Shown here: positions 21,777 through 40,348 of the stretch, one piece after another
Numbering within the stretch: the first letter of the stretch is position 1
Layout: each line of letters begins with the position of its first letter
DNA from: Selaginella moellendorffii
Taxonomy: Eukaryota > Plantae > Lycopodiophyta
Direction: 5' to 3'
Length of the DNA stretch: 64,000 bases
Assembly (NCBI RefSeq): GCF_000143415.4
Contig: NW_003314316.1
Span: 391,220 to 455,219 of the forward strand
The notes under the pieces: model-generated
Told to the model about the DNA's origin: nothing
Seen by the model: only the letters and a program-made list of their open reading frames with translations
Database searches by the model: none
Program-made: the position numbers and the translations under genes

Positions 21777-23710
21777 ATGGCGGGGGCGCTGGCGTGTGTC
21801 CAATCCTCGTGGCGTTGCTGCGTAGCTCGCAATCTGGTGCGCGGCCGATCGATCAGCTACAGGAGCTTCCATGATGCGATCCCAGCAATCAAGCAGCAGC
21901 CATTTGTCTACAGTCAAGAGGTCTGTCCGAGCGATCGGTCGCGCGTTTCCCAGGATTTATGGCGGCATTTCTCTTGTTTCTTTCTTTCCAGGTCCATGCG
22001 CCAATGTGCTCGATCCGAGACTTGCCGTGTGATTTTCCCGCTACTTCTTCTTCCCAGCCCCAAGCTCAGAGCTCGTCTACATTGTCCAAAGGACGCATTC
22101 TTCTCGTAGATGGAAGCGCTGTTATTTTTCGCGCCTACTACAAAGTCATGGGTAAGAAAGCTTCGTTCTTTTGCTCTATACGTAAGTCTTTTCTCCTTTG
22201 GCAGCCAAGGCTCACCATAACTTGATACCAGAGCTAGAATCTGAGGCCGACTGGGTTTTAACAGTTTTCACAGCCTTCACCACAGTAAGTGCCATGCCAC
22301 CATTGAATCTAACGTGATTTTCCCTTTGTTTTCTAGATACTGGGACTGCTCGACTTAAGCCCGTCTCACTTCGCTGTAAGTTTCTCGTCACACAATTCCG
22401 TGAGCTTACTCGAGTGCTTTAGGTTGTTTTCGATCATAAAGGTGGGTTTGCAGACGAGCAACGATGTAAGACGTGTGTGTGTGCATGTCTTTCGTGGCTG
22501 CTAAATTAGTTTTTGCCGTCGGCTAAAGTCATTTTCACAGGTCTGACTTTTCGGCATACGATGTTTCCCGAGTATAAGAAGAATCGTCCACCGACGCCAG
22601 ACACGATTTATCAGGGCCTCGATCATCTTAGACCTGCTCTTGTTGCCATGGGGATCAAAGTGATAGAAGTAAGTGAAATCAGTCTCTCTGTTTTTTCTTG
22701 CAGTGGTGCAACCCATATTTGTTTGTTGCAGGTTCCGGGCGTTGAAGCCGACGATGTGATCGCGACACTAGCAGTCTCAGCTGCGACTTCAGAGATGAAG
22801 GTAAAGATGAAGGTTCTTTCTAGTTGTTCTATTAAACGCTTGGTAATCTTGTCTGCTCTTACAGGTACGAATCGTTTCACCCGACAAAGATTTCTTTCAA
22901 ATATTATCTCCAGATATCCGACTTCTGAGGTTCGTTCCGAAAGGTGCCGGGTATGTTCTTCTTCAGGTATATCTCCTGCTTGACCGTGTTTTCTCTGGAA
23001 CAGGATGGTTTCGTTTGGCATGGAAGAGTTCTCAGCAAGATTTGGAAGCTTGGAACCAGCACAGTTCGTGGATGTACTGTCTCTTATAGGCGACACATGT
23101 GACAATATACCAGGCAAGTACTACCATACGATTGACTCAAGGCTACGCTCCATAACTTGTAACATTGCAGGTATTCCAGGCATTGGCGAGAAAACGGCAA
23201 TAGAGCTTATCACAAAGTTTGGTCAGTGTCTTCACTACTAGCAGCGTGATTTTCTTGCACAGCTGATGGACTCTCTAATTTTTCTCAGGGTCCGTTGAAA
23301 ATTTGTTAAAGCAAAGAGACAAAGTGACTACGAAGAGGGCTCTCAAGGGGCTTCTGGCTGACAAAGGCGAGGCTTTACTTAGCAAACGCCTGGTATATAA
23401 TCCAGTTAAGCATTTCTCTATTGCTTCCGTCCTGAGTTCCACAAGCAGGTCGCACTGAGGGCGGATTTACCATCTTACATGCTACCATTTACAATGGATG
23501 ATTTTATCTGGCGCAAAGTTCACGTAAGTTGTGCTGTGTGTTTTCTCTTTTCCATCTCAGTGTTCATGGAATGCTTGCTTCCGTCAGGATGATGGCCAGC
23601 GGCTGTTTCAACTTCTCAAAGCAATGAGCTCGTTTGTGGACGGCGAAATTCACGTCGAGCTACAGGACCGAATCTTGGGCTTGTGGAAGAAACTGGAAAC
23701 AAAGCCGTGA
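21777..23710 (+). CDS. OEX1: Organellar 5'-3' exonuclease / flap endonuclease (Pol I N-terminal type), multi-exon
   Basis: ILLVDGSAVIFRAYY, TFRHTMFPEYKKNRPPTPD, GVEADDVIATLA, GDTCDNIPGIPGIGEKTA. Confidence 0.85.
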
Positions 23711-23864
23711 CAGCGTCAGGAACGGGTTTACTTAGCAGGAGGGAGCCAATTTTTTGAAGGGAGGCTCCTCGAGCTAGAAAAAGTAGCACACGACCAGGAC
23801 AAGTGTTCATTGGGCATATTCGTTGGGGGTTTGAGCTGGCGGTGATGGCTATGGTACTTCTCAG

Positions 23865-24568
23865 ATGGCCAAGACAAGGGCTTCAAGGTTGATGTTGCGA
23901 GGTACAGGTTTTAGCTCCACAGCTCCACTGGGTTGTAGGCTCATAGAATGCGGGAATCCTGGAGCAATGGCTAGCTCCCGGAAATGGAAGAACAGGTCCA
24001 AGACTTTGAGGAAAAGAAGCGTTTTGGTCTTGGGGGCTGTTACACCGGCTGCTGGAGACGCTGGGTGGGATTACAGCGAGAGTTTGCGTCAAGGCTTGCA
24101 GAATGGCAGTAGTGGTGGAAGCTCGAGGATTTATGCAAAGTGGAAATGGTGGGAAAGGAAAAACGAGAGCGCTCTGGACAAGGACGAAGCATTACCTCTT
24201 CCGATGACTTATCCCAATTCAGAGCCACTTCCGAAGGAGGAGGTGGAGAAGGCGGCCAACTGCGATCCTGAGATAGAGGTACATCAGCCCCCTGGGAAGA
24301 GAAAGAACTCACGCTCGAGTTTGTGGCTTGCAGAATTGTAAGAACGTTGTGTACCAGTGGACGGGCGAGTGTAGACGTTGCCAAGGCACCGGAGTGGTGA
24401 GCTTCTATCGGAAGAATGGAAAGGAGGTGATTGGCAACTGCATCTCTTGTCTAGGAATAGGTGCGCGCCTCCATTTCTTCTTTGCTGCTTAGCTTACGTG
24501 AAAACTTCCTTGCAGGATATGTACACAAGCATACCAGCAGAGACGTGGAGCAAGATGAAATATCTTGA
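23865..24568 (+). CDS. SCO2: SCO2/CYO1-like DnaJ-type zinc-finger chloroplast protein, 3 exons
   Basis: [34 protein letters not shown]...[10 protein letters not shown]. Confidence 0.75.
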
Positions 24569-26029
24569 GGCCGAGTTCCACAAATCTTTTCGCGAAAATG
24601 GTCCGTTTCTCTCCCCCGCATTTTTGTTTCCATTCATTCCTGCGAGCAATAAAGCAGCAGCGGTCCGTTAAAAAGAGAGTTGGATCCAAGGAAGACGCAC
24701 AAACAGAAAAACTGTGGCGAGAAAACATACTTAGCTGTCAGCTTCCGTTTGCCGTGCCAAGATGTGGCCAAAGCTTCGCCACCCATCATCTTTGCCATTC
24801 CATTCGAGCTTGGATTGGATTTGTCTTTAAGCTCTCGGCCGCGAGGATTCAGTTGGAGGACCTTGAATGCTTGTCCATTGTTGTGGATATCCAGCTATGA
24901 AACCAACAAAACTCCACCCAACTCGAATCAGAGAAAAAGGAAATAACCAACCAAACCTTTGCTCTTTTTGCTTGCGAGTTGCGACGCCCCGCTGCACGAC
25001 AAGGCTCAAATCTGTGAGCTTGATCCTGCAGCAGCAAGAGGGGGTCAAATTGGATATGCATTCCCCGGCTTTGCTGTTTTTGGTACCTCTCGCGTTTCTG
25101 ACTTTTGTGGTATGTGCCCATGATTGGCTGCGGCTGTATACACGCACAAAACTCCCGTAAAACTTGCTGGCTTTCGAGCATGTCTGGCATACTTGTTTTG
25201 TCATCTTTCCTTTTGCGTGTTGAACTTTCTTCAGAGCAACGCTGCAAAATCGGCGGATGTCTGTTAGACAAAATAGCAAAAGAAGAAACTAATGTGTGTG
25301 ACTTGAACCTTTAGCGAATGATCTTTTTGCAGTGAGCAAAGTTCGCAAAGTTCTGTGCGAGCTGACCTCACTGGACTAAAAAAACACCATCTTTTGCTTG
25401 GTGTCCACGAAACCAACTTCCATAATCCACAAAATCCGCCTGCAAATGATGAGAGTTAGCAGGAGAAAAAGAAAGGAAATCTTTGCAAAGTCAAATACCA
25501 CATCCGTTCGTAGAAGTCGGAGGAAAGGACGATGGTTTCGTATTGAACTGAAGCTCCTTTTTCTTCTTCTTTCTGCTCAGCTTGTAGTTTCTAGCTCGCT
25601 CGCTCGCTCGGAGTCTCGCGGAGTCGTAGGACGTTATGCTAAAGGGACAAAAACCAGCGCAGCTGCCATAATATCCTCCCATAAATGCAAGCCAAATTGC
25701 AGTTTTCGTTGATCTTTCGGAGTAACCCCATTATTTCTCTTCTTGTGCTCACCACCAGGCAGCAAATGCTCCGGCTGTCATAGCCCCGTAACTCTTTCCC
25801 TGGAACCACCTGTTCTTCCTCGTCTCTCCATTTTTTCCTCCCCTCATGTTGCTGTATTACGTCGGGCAAGTCTTCTCACTTCTCACAATTCTTCTTCTCG
25901 CAATTCTTTCGTTGGTTGGTTCCCAGCAGGAGAACGGAAGAAGGCTTCAGCAGCTTCAACAAGATTTTCGGCAGTGATCCGTAATGGTAGCTTCCACCGG
26001 GAGTGGAATTCTTGCCGCGGCCAGATAGT

Positions 26030-27200
26030 ATGGTCCCCAATTCTTACTTTAGAAGAGATGCAAATCCGGAGTCCATGTCTGGAGCGCTGAAGATGGAGCA
26101 CGATGGCCTCTACTGGGGGCAGCAGCAGCAAATTGATCCACTCGGCCAGAACGTCTATCCTGTGCAGGCATCTGGAAGTTCTCAAGGAACCAGCATCCAG
26201 TTCTCTGCCTCCCCGTCTTCTTCGACTCATCTCCAGGCACTCCGGGACTTTATGTCGCAAGGAAACAGCACCGGCAGTGTTCCACTGTATTCGCAGCAGC
26301 TAGTGCCACTGCCACCCCCGCTCTTGGTTCCACTGGGAGAAGATTCATCACACTTCAGCAGGTCTGCATTGCCGGATGTTGATATGCGCGGTCAATACCG
26401 GGGAGATGTCTTTGGCAGTGAGAAGACCCCGCACAGAACTCAGCTCCAGCGAGAAAGCCATATCCTTGCCGAGCGTCAAAGGCGAGAGGAAATGAACGAT
26501 AAGTTCTCATCCCTCCGAGCAATGCTCCCGAAATCTTCAAAGGTATGTCTGTAGCCTGTAGAATATATGAGAGGTGGTACAGGGACTAAAAAACCAATTA
26601 CCTGGCTTTTGCTGCAGAAAGACAAAGCGTCCATAGTCGGGGATACAATAAACTACGTTGTGGACCTCGAGAAGACGTTGAAACGACTCCAAGCTTGCAG
26701 AGCAAAGAGAAAAGGTTGCCACATTCCAAAAGAGAAAAGTTTGAAAAGCTCACCATCATCCGACCCGAAGTTGGAGGCCTCGAAAACTGACACTGTAAGT
26801 ATCGATCGGTTCCCAGGTAGCTCTGTTTCGATCATAACAGTCGTGAACTTATGCTGCAGGTCCAGAGATTGCCAGTCCAGGTCGAAGTTCAAGCGCTGGG
26901 AGAGCAGGCTGTAGTAAAACTGGTATGTGGAAAATCGCCTAAGCTTGTTCTGAGAATACTGACAGCATTGGAGCAATGTAAAGTCGAGGTTCTCCAATCT
27001 AATGTCACCACCCTGGGAGATATTGCTGTTCATTTCTTCACAATAGAGGTTAGTACTTGCATAGTCCATGAATGAAAAAAAGGGAACTCTTACCAAGTTT
27101 TTCAACTCTGCAGCTCACTCCCGGTGTGAGTGCCACAACCGAAGAGCTCATCGCAGCTTTAGAAGCAGCTGCTGCTGCAATGAACTCCTCAACATCCTGA
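26030..27200 (+). CDS. bHLH transcription factor with C-terminal ACT-like domain (group III-like)
   Basis: HILAERQRREEMNDKFSSLRAMLP-KSSK-KDKASIVGDTINYV; LVLRILTALEQCKVEVLQSNV. Start codon uncertain. Confidence 0.9.
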
Positions 27201-27223
27201 CCTGATTGTCCTGGCACCATATA

Positions 27224-27735
27224 ACATGTTCATGATCGCGGTGCCCGTCACCACATTCGATTCCACCTTCAAGAGTTCTCACAATTCCCCATGATTCATT
27301 CAAGTGAGCTGCCAAAAATACACGCATTAAGAATACGAACATAAGTTATCCTGCTCGGGAGCTTACCATGAGTAGCAGCTCCGTGGTGGAAACCACGTTA
27401 GCATAGCGTTCCAAGAAACAACATCCCGCTCTTCGAACCCCCGAAAATCTCTTCGTCAACCTTCCCATGCTTCTTGCGAAACATAAAGGAGCCTTAGACT
27501 TTCGAGAGGGTCTAAGAGCGGGAGATTGCCTCATTTGTCGAAAGAGCTTCAGAGCCTCCTCCCTTGCTCTTGAGCAACCAGCAGCGAGATCATCGCGTTC
27601 CATACTGCTGCTCGGACACGAATCCGGTAAAAAACACCCCCGCGCTTTCCATAAGCATTCGCAACGCATCCTCTTCCCTGCGCGAGAGTCGAAATATATG
27701 AGCGGCGATCCGATCAAGAAATGGAAGCTCACCCG
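27224..27735 (-). pseudogene. Deletion-riddled fragment of a paralogue of the PPR-DYW gene at 12486-15257
   Basis: Colinear blocks match 14093-15213 (e.g. acatgttcatgatcgcggtgccc, aacataagttatcctgctcggga, cctcatttgtcgaaagagct). Confidence 0.85.
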
Positions 27736-27941
27736 TCGTCGCTAAACTTTGGACGCATATTCTCAGCTTGGTTTATCACTTTCTTCTTTTTCTTTCTTGT
27801 GTAATAGCATATGCTGCTCTATTGAATTGATTAGCCTAACTACATGCAAGAAACACAGGCCACTCATGATAAGAAAAGAGTAGAACTCAATTTGCTGTAC
27901 AAAAGAACCATATTCTTGAGCTATATACTAAAAGGTGACAA

Positions 27942-29414
27942 TCAAGAACTCGGAGGACTCTCTAGAGCAAAGCACCCAAACTTACCCCTTCGAAAATCCA
28001 GAAGCAATCTGGTTGCGGCCTGATTGACATCGCCTTGAAAGAGCTTTTGCGCCACGAGCTCAAGATAACTGCAGAGCGCATCACACCACCTCTTAGCCAA
28101 ACAAAGCTTCAGACGAGACGGCCTTACTATTCTCCCGAGCAATCTTCCGCGTCTACTCTGTAGCGAGAGGTCAGCACCTTGGCTCCTGCATGGTTTTGTC
28201 AGACGCTATTGCCGAGGAACAAACAGAATCACTGCGAACCTGCTGCTGGCAAACGCTTCAATCTCTCGACAAGCACCGCAGCAACTCCTGAAACTTCGTA
28301 TGATTCTTGTCCGATGTCATTGCATATCGCGAGCTTCACTGCTGCAGCCTGATCGTCGAACTTCATAGGTAGGATCCCAGGCGAATCTAAAAGGTCTAGA
28401 CCATCGTGAATCGTCGACCACCTGTGCATGGAACGATGCTTATCAAGAATGGAGATCTAAGCTTTACCTTAGCTGACGGGTTACACCAGGCCGTGGTGCA
28501 GCTTCACATATTTTGCGTTTCAAGAGCCGATTGATGATGGAAGACTTGCCGATATTAGGAAAACCAACGACTGCTACTCTGACCTGTTCCAAACTATCAG
28601 GGGGAAACAAGAGAAAACAAGAGATGCTATGCTCACCGAGCGAGGAAGAAGACCTTTATCCCTTCGCTTCGAATTTATGGTAGAACCCACAGAGCCGGCT
28701 TGTCGAGTGAGTTTCATAATCCCCTGTAAAGAGAACTCGCTCACAGAGAAATGAAGTGTTTGCAAAAACTCACCTTTCCTTGCTGGCCATTTGTAAATAT
28801 GACAGGCATGTCTTTCGAAGCAAAGTATGAAGCCCAAGCGTTTCTATCCGCGGTAGAGATCATGTCTTCGCGATTGAGAACCAGTATCCTCTTTTTTCCA
28901 CGGATCCATTTCTCAAGCTTTGGAAATATTTCCGGTTAGTAACATGTGCGAAGGAACTTATAGAACACTTACGTCGGGATGACCAGTGGCGGAAGGTATC
29001 CTCGCATCTCTTAGCTCCACAACAACGTCGACTAGAAGGAGCTGTTCCTTGAGATCTCTCTCGGCTTTGGCAATATGTCCAGGATACCACTACACTTCGA
29101 AAGACGATAGAAGAAGGAAAAAGCGAGAAATTCACAAACCTGGACGTATCTTCCCGTTGTCATGAGCCGATTCATCTCGACATCCACGATCGGCCTCTCG
29201 TGCTTGAATGTTCTCACTGCCAGCGACGCTGTAGCCGAAATCCTCGAAGAATTCCGTAGCGACTGCGATAATTTCACCGATAAAGCTCGCGAATCAACCG
29301 CATTCTCACCTTTCTGAGCAGCATCCTCTCTCCCGACCTCCATTTCTCTCCCCAGAAGCTGCCGCAGCGATCGCGAGTCGCCGAGCACCCTAAATCCGCG
29401 CTCACGACCGCCAT
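27942..29414 (-). CDS. RbgA/YlqF circularly permuted ribosome-biogenesis GTPase (plastid DAR GTPase), multi-exon
   Basis: [54 protein letters not shown]. Confidence 0.9.
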
Positions 29415-29488
29415 AGCCAAAATGAAAAAGATCCCACGGAATAAACCCTAGGGCCTAGGGTTTGTGGTTTTCTTGGGGAGCAAGCACG

Positions 29489-29815
29489 ATGCAGGTAAGT
29501 AAGCGCTCGATCTCTCTTCCCATTTCCTCAGCGATTGGTAGCGATTTCTTGCAGGCCAGCGATCGATTCAACATAAACTCGCAGCTAGAGCATCTCCAGG
29601 CCAAGTATGTGGGCACTGGGCACGCCGACCTCAATCGATTCGAGTGGGCGGTGAACATCCAGCGCGATAGCTATGCCTCGTACATCGGCCACTACCCGCT
29701 GCTCGCCTACTTCGCCATCGCCGAGAACGAATCGATCGGGCGCACGCGCTACAATTTCACGCAGAGGATGCTCCAGCCCTGTGGATTGCCGCCCGAGAGG
29801 GAGGAAGAAGCATAG
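29489..29815 (+). CDS. SF3B5: Splicing factor 3B subunit 5
   Basis: MQ-ASDRFNINSQLEHLQAKYVGTGHAD...PCGLPPERE; intron 29495-29554. Confidence 0.96.
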   Translation: MQVSKRSISLPISSAIGSDFLQASDRFNINSQLEHLQAKYVGTGHADLNRFEWAVNIQRDSYASYIGHYPLLAYFAIAENESIGRTRYNFTQRMLQPCGLPPEREEEA

Positions 29816-30240
29816 CTAATCAATCTAGAACTCCCCAGAAGCTCGTAATGCGTGTGTAGATCATGGCACAGCTCCATTGTTTGAGATGCCAGGAAGAAGC
29901 ATCTACCATAGCTATGACTGGAATATGCTAATACATATCGAACGGCTGTAAACAAAAGGATCGGACGCTTACTGTATTGCCATGTGGACGCCATGCTGGC
30001 ACGATTGGGACCTTGAATTGCGCGGTCGGATGGCACTAGAGCATAGGGGGACCCCCAGCGCCAGAGATTTATTTTGGGCGATCGCGAGAGGAATTTCTCC
30101 CAGCTCCATCCATCCAGAGGGAAGATGGCAGGGCGCACGCCTGCAAAGAAATGCTTCCAGTTCTAGCACAGTGATCTTCCCGAGATGAATGCCGCTCCGG
30201 CGGGGCCGAGATTTCGCCAGCCGGATGATGCTTGAGGACG

Positions 30241-31555
30241 ATGGAATTCGTAAGTGCCAGGAGAAGAGAGGATTCTTAGCTAGGGTTTAAGCGGATTTCT
30301 CTCTTTCAGGTGGGTCGATTCCAGGCGCTGGTGCGAAATGTGGCTGTAGCTCTTGAGAAGCCCAACAAGGAGAGATCCAAATGCCCGAGATGCAAGGGCT
30401 CGGGGCTGCTGGCACAGAGAGCGCCGTGGGATTGGGGCCGTGGGACTGTCTCCAACGATCCTTGCTGGTTCTGCGAAGGGTTAGTACTTTACTCTTTCTA
30501 GATGAGAATTTGCTCACAGATTCTCTCTGCTAGGATCGGTGTGATGCCTGTTGCTGGTCTCACTGGCTTCTTGCTCGCAAGAGCATCGCCAGCTTTCCAC
30601 ACTCGAGATAGCAAAGCTCCCTCCCAGCTTCCAATCAAGGTGCAACTCTACCTGGGAAAATATCCAGGAACTCGGCCAAAGTTTTCCACGCACAAGGTTT
30701 GTGACAATCCAAAGGACTTGCTCCACGACTTTTCGCGAGTTCCCGACTGGCTTTGCGGCGAGGAGTTCCAGCACTTTGAGACGCCACGAGCACCGAAAAC
30801 TAGCATGGCAAGCGGTGGGACTCTATCTCCCAGGACCAGTCCAGTCACAGGAACACGAAGAGGAAGCTCTAGTCTTTTCCGCACCAAGTCAAGCACACAA
30901 GCCCGGCCTGATGGCGGCGTCCCTCGCTTCTCTCGCCAACTTGGGATGGCGTCGAGCACTCCTCGTTCGTCACCACCAGCTTACGGGACAAGGAGTCCCT
31001 CGTCTTCACCAAAGGAAAGACAGACACCGGTGGTGTTGATACCAGTTTCTTCAACGCTCGAGTCGCCCAAGGATACCGTGGAAGCTGAAGACGCAGGAGC
31101 GCCGAAGTCTGTTCGCTTCGCTCGAAGAAGTCCGAGACACTTCAAGGCACCCAGGAGAGAGAGGAACCGGATCCGAGAGGAGGCGGAGAAAGAGGCCGTG
31201 GAGAGAGCCCGGAGGAGCGTACAATCAGTTCCTGGGGCAACCGAGATGGAAAAACAAGACCAAGCTGGAGCTCCAAGCTCAGGTAATTGTTTCTACAGAT
31301 TCATACATTCGTGCACGATCTAACTTGTTTGGTGGCTTTGTTTCCACAGGTCCAACACTTTGGTCCCTGAACGATCTGAGCAAGCCATCGTCGAGCTGGG
31401 CTTGGGCTTCCAAACTCCCTCTGCCTCCCTGGTTGGAGCCCTGGAAACGATCGTCACTGGGAAAGCATTTCTGGGTGAATCAGATGGTGTATGGAAGCCT
31501 CAAAGACCGCACTGCTGCACCACTCTCCCGAATGCCTAGTAAAGCATTTCTTTAG
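30241..31555 (+). CDS. Unknown protein with a DnaJ-type CxxCxGxG zinc ribbon and long Ser/Pro/Arg-rich tail, about 4 exons
   Basis: CPRCKGSG...CWFCEGIG across phase-compatible GT-AG introns; 5' end uncertain. Confidence 0.55.
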
Positions 31556-33192
31556 AATCCCTTGCTTGTAAGCTTTCTTGGAAAGAAAGCTTAGTTTTAA
31601 TCATATGAGAGTTTATTCGTATTTTTGAGAGTGGTAGTCAACATCTTTGATTGACTTTCACTGACTTTCATACAGTAATAGATGAGAAACATCCACGAGG
31701 CCCTGGATTCAATCCGGTAGATCTTCTTGCGCCGCTGCCGGGGTACCACACCTCTTTGTGGATTTGTGGATGCTGTCCTTGGTGTGACCTGGTCCCTTTT
31801 CTTCCATTGCTTGGTGAATTCCTGTGAAGCAATGACACTGTGCCAGGATCTACAAACTCATTACAGCCTCCCCAGATCGTCAAGCTCCAGGCCCACAAAG
31901 ATCCAGAACAAGATAATCCTCCCCACCCTAGAAAGAAATGGCTCAGCCTGGTAACCATTGCTCAGCCTGGTGGAGAACTTGTGCTTCCAATTTTTCCTGT
32001 GTTCTCTCTAGCAAAATGGATAATTGGCACTTGCATAATCAAATTTTAGAGTAATGAGCAGCAAACTAGTTTTTTTCAAATGTCAATTTTTAATTTTTGA
32101 GTTTATGTATGGCAATCAAGTTCTGCCACCTCCCAAGAGGGGAGGTCTACCGGGGTGGGCATTTGTGCATAAATTGTGGTAATACACATGTATAATTCAC
32201 AAAATAATATTTTAAATATAAACTTTTTTTTATACATATACATGCATTGGTGCTGCCATGTATGCATTCTCTAGGTTGTTATATATTATGTAAATTTCAA
32301 CTTTATGTTAAATTTTTTAATATGTCATTAAGGTTTAAAGCTTTTTAATTGCTTTTTAGATGCTACAAGCTATCATTAGGGTTGTTTCCTGCATGCACAA
32401 CAACCCTAAACCCAATAAATCATTACAAAAATTTTATGTGCATTAAGATTATAAAAAATTGATGGAACTAATGCTTTATTATGGCTATAACAACTTTAAA
32501 TGTTTTACCAATGCACTCTGATTAATCAAGTTCACCATTGCACTTTAATTGATTAAGCCTATAATTGCAAACTAATCAATTGAGCTCACTATCACACTTC
32601 AATTAATCATATTCACTATTGCACTATAATTGATTGCAATTAAGGTGATATGGTGCAAAAAAGCCACGAAAAATCAAAAGTGAGATCAATTAAAACACCA
32701 AAAGTACATTAGAGTGCATCAAATTGACATACACCTTCAAACCACAACAAATGATTTACAACTATATAAAAATGAAAGGAGATAAATAACATAATATCAA
32801 ATCACAAAATGAGAAAAATAATTTAAAGAGTTATACCTATGCATACATAGTATACCCTATCACAAAAATATTATATATACAATCCAATTTTGATTGCTTA
32901 TATAGTAATTGAAAAGAAATTGTGTTTTGGAATGCAACTAAAGATTAAAAAATTTCATATTTACACACACAAAGAATATAATATAATAATAACATATTAC
33001 TAGATATTTTATAATAATTACAATAATTTAGAGATTTATGTAAATTACATGAATGAAACATTATAGTCCATTGGAAAATATAATAATGTCCCTTTAAAGA
33101 AAAAAATATTTTTGAGCTTATATTAAAAGAACTTTTAATTTTTTACTTTATCATAAATTTTGCATTCAAAATTCACTTGTAGACATTTAACT

Positions 33193-33224
<32 letters not shown>

Positions 33225-33225
33225 G

Positions 33226-37530
<4,305 letters not shown>

Positions 37531-37531
37531 A

Positions 37532-38030
37532 NNNNNNNNNNNNNNNNNNNNNNNNNNNNNNNNNNNNNNNNNNNNNNNNNNNNNNNNNNNNNNNNNNNNN
37601 NNNNNNNNNNNNNNNNNNNNNNNNNNNNNNNNNNNNNNNNNNNNNNNNNNNNNNNNNNNNNNNNNNNNNNNNNNNNNNNNNNNNNNNNNNNNNNNNNNNN
37701 NNNNNNNNNNNNNNNNNNNNNNNNNNNNNNNNNNNNNNNNNNNNNNNNNNNNNNNNNNNNNNNNNNNNNNNNNNNNNNNNNNNNNNNNNNNNNNNNNNNN
37801 NNNNNNNNNNNNNNNNNNNNNNNNNNNNNNNNNNNNNNNNNNNNNNNNNNNNNNNNNNNNNNNNNNNNNNNNNNNNNNNNNNNNNNNNNNNNNNNNNNNN
37901 NNNNNNNNNNNNNNNNNNNNNNNNNNNNNNNNNNNNNNNNNNNNNNNNNNNNNNNNNNNNNNNNNNNNNNNNNNNNNNNNNNNNNNNNNNNNNNNNNNNN
38001 NNNNNNNNNNNNNNNNNNNNNNNNNNNNNN
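37532..38030. other. Assembly gap (499 N)
   Basis: Run of N. Confidence 1.
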
Positions 38031-40348
38031 AACAGTAATAATTATAATTATAATAATACATATATAGTGTAGGTTTTTGTTAATTACATGAATTTAATCA
38101 AATACTGCTTTAGAAAAGATAATAATATCCCTTTATAAAAAACATATACTTTTTATACTAATGCTTGTTTTTCTTAATCTACTCCTGTTTAATAATATTT
38201 TTTAATCTAATTGATTAATCATAATTTAAATTTATAAAATTATAATTAATTTATAATTATAACATGTTTATAATTTATAAAAATTAAAATAATTTTATTG
38301 CATCAGATAGTAGAATAAACTACAATACACTAGGAGGTGTTTAGAAAAATTTATAAATTCTAAATACAAAATTAATCTTTATTAACAACAATCGTTAAAT
38401 GATAAAATATTCAAGAATATTAAAATATATGCTATGTATATCTACTATGACTTTAGTTTTTTTCATCACTAACATATATACTTATAAATTTTAAGATTTA
38501 CATTTTGGAAGCTATGCATATATAAAAGTATTTTTTATCACTAATGAATATAAGTTGTTTTAGTAACCATATTTATTTTTGCACTAAAAGAAATTTCATA
38601 TATAGTTAATATATTATTTGAAAAATTGAAAATAATTGTTTTATGCCAAAATATTTATTAAAAGTTTTACATTTTAAACTGGTAGAAAAAATTCTAAAAT
38701 TGAGTTATGACAAACAAAAATCCTAGAGAGATAGTTAGTTTTGGTAACATACTAATTAAAAATTTAAAGATTTTAAAAAATGTAAGTAGCAAAATTAGCA
38801 ATCTATGCTATCTAAAAAATATGCAATCATTTTTTTACTTAAGTGCAAAAATATTATTTAAAAAATATGTACATCTTTTAGCATTTTGATATATTTCTCA
38901 ACTAATTGTGACACAGATTTACATATAATTACAATGTTTATTGATATAATTGATTTTGATAGAAGATTAAAAAATATTTATAATTTTTATTTGTAGGTAA
39001 AGTTAAATAAACAATACCTAAAATGTGAATATTTGAAATAAGGTTTAATTGGTATTTAATTTCAATGAATTTTCCAACTTTAGTTTTTTTTATACTTACA
39101 GGTTATAATTTAAAACTTAAATAACTATTATGTTAAAATAAATTTTCTAATTAGAATAATAAATAGATAAAATGGAATTGAAGTAATTTTTTTCATAATA
39201 AACTAATACTTTAGAGAAATTTTCTTTATTATATTTTTGTTTTTGATAGAAAATTATTGAATAAATTTATGCATTTTTTTTAAGTGGCAGGGTTTACCTA
39301 CTCAAAAAAAATTATTTTTAGCTTTTTAGCAAATGAAATATCATATAAAGGACTTTTATAAATCATTGTGTGTAACACTATAAGTAAGTAATATATTAAC
39401 ATGGTGTGAAACATTATTCAAAATAAATATAAATGCCAATAATTTTTTTAAAAATAATTTTTTTTAATAAATTGTATATAAAGCTTAATTACTCGAAAAA
39501 AAATAGTATTCGAATGAGGGAGACAACTCAAAATTTCCATAATCAACAGTCTTCATATATATTATTTGAATGGACATATGGCAATACGATGAGAAATATT
39601 AATTAAAATTATATTTATTCATGATATTATATATTTTATTTTTATAATTATATTTTGAATTATCTTTCAGGTGAATAAACTATATAAAAAATAGTGAGAA
39701 AATAAAGATGCTTAACTTTTTTGGTATTTAGGTGGGTAATTATCAAGGGCTAATAAATATACATTCAAATCTCTCAAAACTCAAAATGCCCGAAATTATG
39801 TTTTGTAAGAACCAAATAAAGTAAGTGCTTTGAAGATTATTTATATTGCAATTTTGTAGAACTAGTTTTCACTATGGCCACTCCCAAAAAAAATTAACTT
39901 TATAGAATAATTTTTTTATTTATATTTCTTTACAAAAATAAAAGTTTATATTTAATTGTTATCGGATTTGGTCATTCATATGGACCAAAATTAATTAATT
40001 TGTTAAATATTGATAAATAGATTGAGATTTTTATGAAGAAAAACAGAACATTTAAATAAAATAAATTAATGATCTCATTTTATATATATTTTTAAATATA
40101 ACATGTTTTCAAAGTATTGTTTTATATTGTTTTTAAATCCCACTAGGCTATGATTAAATATTAGATGATCTCGTTTAATTAGAATACACTTCACTATTTA
40201 AAATATTTATGCTATAAGAGATTAAACTCAGGTTGGTAAGAGTATCTAGAAATTCTTTAGTTTGGGACCCAGGCCAAACCTCTCTCCGTAGAAGACGTTC
40301 TTAGAGCACTCCTAAGTTAATATTGATATTAATATTGTGAGAAGTTCA

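Noticed and set aside
24570-25980. Many short ORFs upstream of the bHLH gene
   Set aside because: No homology cues; likely promoter or 5' UTR
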